From Vampirovibrionaceae bacterium NZW_1234 (GTDB taxonomy: Bacteria; Cyanobacteriota; Vampirovibrionia; Vampirovibrionales; JAGQHJ01), in contig JBGUGD010000022.1 in the NCBI GenBank assembly GCA_041697335.1, forward strand, positions 1 through 55,242: a stretch of DNA of 55,242 bases, in the 5' to 3' direction. Below are positions 50,968 through 55,242 of this stretch, piece after piece. The notes under the pieces are model-generated. The model made no database searches, had not been told where the DNA came from, and worked only from the letters and a program-made list of their open reading frames with translations. Position 1 is the stretch's first letter. Every line of letters starts with the position of its first letter. A program made the position numbers and the translations under genes.

Positions 50968-52331
50968 GCCCCTTCTCCTTTCGGGATCAACACAGCGGTA
51001 TAACAGTTATCCAGGTTAAACCATTTCTTTGCCGCCTCTTGGACATCACTGAGGGTAATTTCCTGAATGACTTTGAGGTAGCGAACATAGCTGTCCAAAG
51101 ACCCACTAACAGTAATGCTTTCACCGACAAATTCTGCAATACCACTTGCGGTTTCAGAAGTTTCGGCAAAATCAACTTTCATTTTCTTGACAGTTCGTAA
51201 AAATTCCTCTTGGGTAATCGGTTTTTCGGACAAGTAGGTCTGAACCTCGTGACACACCTCATCCAGACGAGCCTGGGTGTCAGGGTCACCGAAATTGCCC
51301 TGGATGAAGAATACGTTGCCCAGCTTAAACGTGGATTGTCCTGTGGAAATTGTATTGAATACCGGTTCGCTCGGACGTTCGATGAGGGCTTGGTAAAGTC
51401 GGGAACTCCGACCCTCACCCAGAACCCGGCTGGCAATATCGACGGCAATGGTTTCTTTCAGATCGGAGGGCTTTGGCCCATGAAACCCCATAAGGAAGAA
51501 CGAGGTCTGAAAATCACCACTCAATTCGGCGTAACGATCCCCATTGGCAACCATGTCCGTCGGATAGTCGGGCTGGCCTGTTACATTGGTTACTGTGCGG
51601 TTCTGCTTGGAAAAATCAAAGTGCTCCAGAACTTTGGCTTCCAACCAAACCGGGTCAAAATCGCCCACCACAATGGTGGTTAAGTTTTCAGCCCCATACC
51701 ATTGATGGTAATAGTGCAGAATGTCTTCTCGAGGGATAGAGCCGATAATCTGGCGGGTACCAATGACATCACGCTGGTAGGGGTGGCCTACAGGGTACAT
51801 CATATGGGTCAGCGCATTGTAGATTTTGGTCCAGGGCTGATCCTCACGCATGCCGATTTCTTCAATCACGACGCCTCGTTCACGCTTGTTGGCTGTTGAA
51901 TCGGGATCGGATGGGTCATGTTGCTCTCCGATTTCTTCTTCCGGCAAGGTGGAATACAGCAGCATATCGGCATGCATGTCGAGTGCTTTTACAAAATTCT
52001 TGCCATCCGTACCCTTGGGACCGGTGACATAGTAAAACGTGAAATCTTTCCAAGTGGCAGCGTTAATGACCGCCCCCATACTTTCCATGGCCTTGTCAAA
52101 TTCACCAGGCTGGAAGCGTTCCGTTCCCTTGAACATCAGGTGCTCTAAGAAGTGGGAAACTCCGCTGTTATGGTCGTCTTCATGGATGGAGCCTGTCTTA
52201 ACCCAAGTGCTGATGTTAAAAACTTCCCCTTTTTTGGGCACATAGATAAACTGGTAGCCATTGTCGTAGGTTTTGTGAATTGCTTTTTCCTTGAGATATG
52301 GAATTTCAACGAGCGCTTCCGAGACTGCCAT
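50964..52331 (-). CDS. M16 zinc peptidase, catalytic subunit
   Basis: GVSHFLEHLMFKGT, INAAT, ERGVVIEE; ATG at 52331 after AGAGGG. Confidence 0.93.
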   Translation of the reverse strand: MAVSEALVEIPYLKEKAIHKTYDNGYQFIYVPKKGEVFNISTWVKTGSIHEDDHNSGVSHFLEHLMFKGTERFQPGEFDKAMESMGAVINAATWKDFTFYYVTGPKGTDGKNFVKALDMHADMLLYSTLPEEEIGEQHDPSDPDSTANKRERGVVIEEIGMREDQPWTKIYNALTHMMYPVGHPYQRDVIGTRQIIGSIPREDILHYYHQWYGAENLTTIVVGDFDPVWLEAKVLEHFDFSKQNRTVTNVTGQPDYPTDMVANGDRYAELSGDFQTSFFLMGFHGPKPSDLKETIAVDIASRVLGEGRSSRLYQALIERPSEPVFNTISTGQSTFKLGNVFFIQGNFGDPDTQARLDEVCHEVQTYLSEKPITQEEFLRTVKKMKVDFAETSETASGIAEFVGESITVSGSLDSYVRYLKVIQEITLSDVQEAAKKWFNLDNCYTAVLIPKGEGA

Positions 52332-52771
52332 CCCTCTGTCCAATCTGTCAAGCTAACGAAACGGTTACCATTATAACGCGAAATTGCTTCAGCGCATGTT
52401 CTCTGGTCTAAAATCGGCGAGGCGAGGGAGCTTGGCGGCAGTTTAATTCACTAATTAAGTTAAAAAAACAGTTTAATATGTTTTTCTTTAACAATTAACA
52501 AAAAATTTAGATTTGATTCGTTTATATATTTGGAAGGGGTCATTAAGAGACCCGATGAAGGGGTAAAGACAGATATAATGGGGGGTATATAGAGCTTAAC
52601 GCAACAATTGGCAATGCGATAAAAGATTTTTAAAATTTAAACGAATCACACCACTGGTGTTTACGGTGTGAACTTCGTCTGTAACTCAGGCTTATAAAGC
52701 GAAGAGTAAAACAGAGAGCGATTTATTCTGTCCAATTGTCCACAGTACACATTGTACCATAACCCATAGCC

Positions 52772-52804
52772 AAGGAGCGCCTTAAAAACGCTCCTTTTCT
52801 TTTT
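52772..52804 (+). terminator. Intrinsic terminator with T tail on the plus strand
   Basis: AAGGAGCG-CCTTAAAAA-CGCTCCTT followed by TTCTTTTT. Confidence 0.7.
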
Positions 52805-52849
52805 ATTAATGGTTATAGAATGTCATTGGCTGAGTTCGTATCCCTTGAG

Positions 52850-55242
52850 TTATGGGGAATTTGCTGCCATGTTGGCCCAATATTGAGCCATGTTTGCCCA
52901 ATACTGAGCATTCATCTCTGAGCTACTGGCTTGAGTAGCTGATGTGCTTGCCATAGTGGCAGATGTTTGCGCTGTACTAGCAGAATCTTGTGCTGTTGTT
53001 GCAGCAGACTGTGCTTGAGTAGCTGACATGCTGGCCATAGTCGCAGATGTTTGTGCGCTTTGCAGAAGCTGGTTCATTTGGGATAATGTCATATTTGTTT
53101 GCATTTGGAATTGCATCATTAGCTGGTTAATTGCGTTTAGAAGAGCTTGGTTTGAATTTAAGACCGCTTGGTTCGAACTTAAGACCGCTTGATTCGAATT
53201 CATTAAAGTTTGAGAACTTGAGCTTACCTGATTTGCTGCACTAGTGGCCGCATTCGCCGCATTGGTTGCTTGTGTTGCCGCATTGGTCACGGTATTTGCT
53301 ATGTTGGTCAGGTTGGCACTATTCATATTGTAACTGGACATAAAGCTGTTAATTGTTTGTTGGAAGCCATCCATTTGCGTACTTAATGAGTTGATTTGAC
53401 CAGACATGTTGAATACATTCATGCTTAGGTTGCTGACATTGTTATTAAGATTCGTCAGATTGCTGTTAATTTGTCCTAGCTGTGAGAGAATTTGCTGCCC
53501 AAGACTGCTGAGTTGCCCCGAAAGTGAGGATTCAAAGCTAGTTAATTGTTGCGATATTCCGCTAATTTGAGTAGTAAGTGATGAAGTGGCATTATTTATT
53601 GTGCTATCAAGGTTTGTTGATAGCTGAGATGCGTAGTTTTGCAGGTACTGGGACATGCTTGACGTAATATTAGTGGTAATATCAGAGACTGCTTGAGAGA
53701 CGGTGGCTTGCGTAAATGGATTGATTCCATTAACCGTTTGTCCCATGTAATAGTTGAGAGCTGCATCAATGAAACTTTGCAAGCTTGATGTATAAGAACT
53801 GATAATGTTGTTAATATCTGTGGTTGATGCACTATTTTGAGCCAAATTATTGATTTGAGTCAGAATTTGGTTGGTCGAATTCTGTATGCTTGCTGTGAGG
53901 TTGGAGCTAAATTGATTGAAGGTTGCGTCAATACTCGTATTAATCTGAAAACCTAAGTTATTGATCACCATGGTGAGGTTGTTTATGACATCCGAATTGC
54001 CACTCTGCATGATATTAGTCAGGGCCGCAGTTATGCTGCTTGTGAGCACCGTGTTGTTACTGCTGATAAGGCCTGTAACTATACTGCTGAAATTGTTAAG
54101 AACTGTCGAATTGTTTTGGCTAAGGATATTGGTAATAAAGGCTGTAAGATTATTGGTGACTGTGTTACTGATATTTATCTCAGACTGTCCGAATAAGCTT
54201 GCAATGACAGTGGTAATATTATTGGTAATGGTTGTGTTGTTCTGGCTGAGTAAGTTCGCAACAAGTGTACTGATATTGTTTGTAATATTGATTTCAGTGT
54301 TGTTAAACAAACCAGCCATGATGTTTGTTAGATTATTTGTGATGTTGATTTCAGTGCTATTAAATAGCCCTGCAATCGCGTTAATCACATTATTCACCAC
54401 AGTTACATTGTTTTGACTTAATAAACTTGCAAATACATTAGTGAGGTTGTTGGTGATATTAATTTCAGTATTATTGAATAGTCCAGCAAGTATAGTTGTA
54501 ATATTATTCGTAATATTGATTTCAGTCGAATTAAATAAACCTGTGATAGCTGTAATTATATTGTTAATAACCACACTGTTATTCTGCTGGAAAAGATTAA
54601 GCATTAGAGCATTGATATTATTGTTTATTTCAACGTTGTTCTGTTGAAGGAGGATGCCGAAGGCATTGGTAATATTATTAATGACGACACTGTTATTCTG
54701 CTGGAAAAGATTAACCATCAGGGCATTGATATTTGTATTAATTTCAACGTTGTTTTGTTGAAGGAGGATGCCGAGGGCATTAACAACATTATTGACAACC
54801 ACACTGTTATTTTGCTGGAAGAGGTTGACCATCAGGGCATTAATATTTGTATTAATTTCAATGTTGTTTTGTTGAAGGAGGATGCCGAGGGCGTTGGTAA
54901 TATTATTGATGACGACACTGTTATTCTGCTGGAAAAGATTAACCATTAGAGCATTGATATTATTGTTTATTTCAACGTTGTTCTGTTGAAATAAAACGCC
55001 AATGGCATTGATCATGTTGTTAACTACGATATTGTTATTTTGCTGGAAGAGATTGACCATCAGAGCATTGATATTGTTATTGATCTGTAGATTGTTTTGT
55101 TGAATAAGAATGCCTAGGGCATTAACAACATTATTGACAACAACATTATTGTTTTGTTGAAACAGATTATTGAAAACATTGGTTAAAGCATTTATAACAA
55201 CAGTGTTATTTTGTTGGAACAGGACATTTAACGCATTATTGA
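52850..55242 (-). CDS. Very large Asn/Gln/Ser/Thr-rich repeat protein (5'-partial)
   Basis: The frame stays open from 55060 to the window edge; 19/38-aa repeats NNVEINNNINALMVNLFQQ / NNSVVINNITNALGILLQQ; heptad-like C-terminus. Confidence 0.88.
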   Translation of the reverse strand, partial: NNALNVLFQQNNTVVINALTNVFNNLFQQNNNVVVNNVVNALGILIQQNNLQINNNINALMVNLFQQNNNIVVNNMINAIGVLFQQNNVEINNNINALMVNLFQQNNSVVINNITNALGILLQQNNIEINTNINALMVNLFQQNNSVVVNNVVNALGILLQQNNVEINTNINALMVNLFQQNNSVVINNITNAFGILLQQNNVEINNNINALMLNLFQQNNSVVINNIITAITGLFNSTEINITNNITTILAGLFNNTEINITNNLTNVFASLLSQNNVTVVNNVINAIAGLFNSTEINITNNLTNIMAGLFNNTEINITNNISTLVANLLSQNNTTITNNITTVIASLFGQSEINISNTVTNNLTAFITNILSQNNSTVLNNFSSIVTGLISSNNTVLTSSITAALTNIMQSGNSDVINNLTMVINNLGFQINTSIDATFNQFSSNLTASIQNSTNQILTQINNLAQNSASTTDINNIISSYTSSLQSFIDAALNYYMGQTVNGINPFTQATVSQAVSDITTNITSSMSQYLQNYASQLSTNLDSTINNATSSLTTQISGISQQLTSFESSLSGQLSSLGQQILSQLGQINSNLTNLNNNVSNLSMNVFNMSGQINSLSTQMDGFQQTINSFMSSYNMNSANLTNIANTVTNAATQATNAANAATSAANQVSSSSQTLMNSNQAVLSSNQAVLNSNQALLNAINQLMMQFQMQTNMTLSQMNQLLQSAQTSATMASMSATQAQSAATTAQDSASTAQTSATMASTSATQASSSEMNAQYWANMAQYWANMAANSP

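Overview
Chromosomal segment of a non-photosynthetic cyanobacterial relative, most likely Vampirovibrionia/Melainabacteria. Support: RpoC is split into rpoC1/rpoC2 with a large SI3 insertion, S1 is short and cyanobacterial-like, fliS has a sigma-28 promoter, and no photosynthesis genes are present. Core genes: rplJ-rplL-rpoB-rpoC1-rpoC2, fusA, glyQ, rpsA, ispH, hemA-hemC, a SigF-like sigma factor with pilD, an LCP protein, a heterodimeric ABC exporter, an M16 peptidase pair, tRNA-Arg(UCU) and a RelE-type toxin-antitoxin pair. The main finding is a 431-aa orphan protein (12076-13371) with 12 microviridin/marinostatin-type T-x-(K/A)-(Y/F/A)-P-S-D cores on Pro-rich spacers. The residue at the specificity position varies between cores. 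There is no PFFARFL leader and no ATP-grasp ligase in the window; a degenerate BY-kinase-like protein and a radical SAM enzyme follow it instead. Other notable items: a >790-aa Asn/Gln-rich repeat protein with no Lys, Arg, His or Cys; a formin-FH1-like polyproline repeat; a recurring N-terminal RF[GA] motif in accessory proteins; sigma-28-like promoters in front of non-flagellar orphan genes; and unannotated small ORFs and candidate RNA elements. All family calls come from reading motifs by eye; no database search was run.
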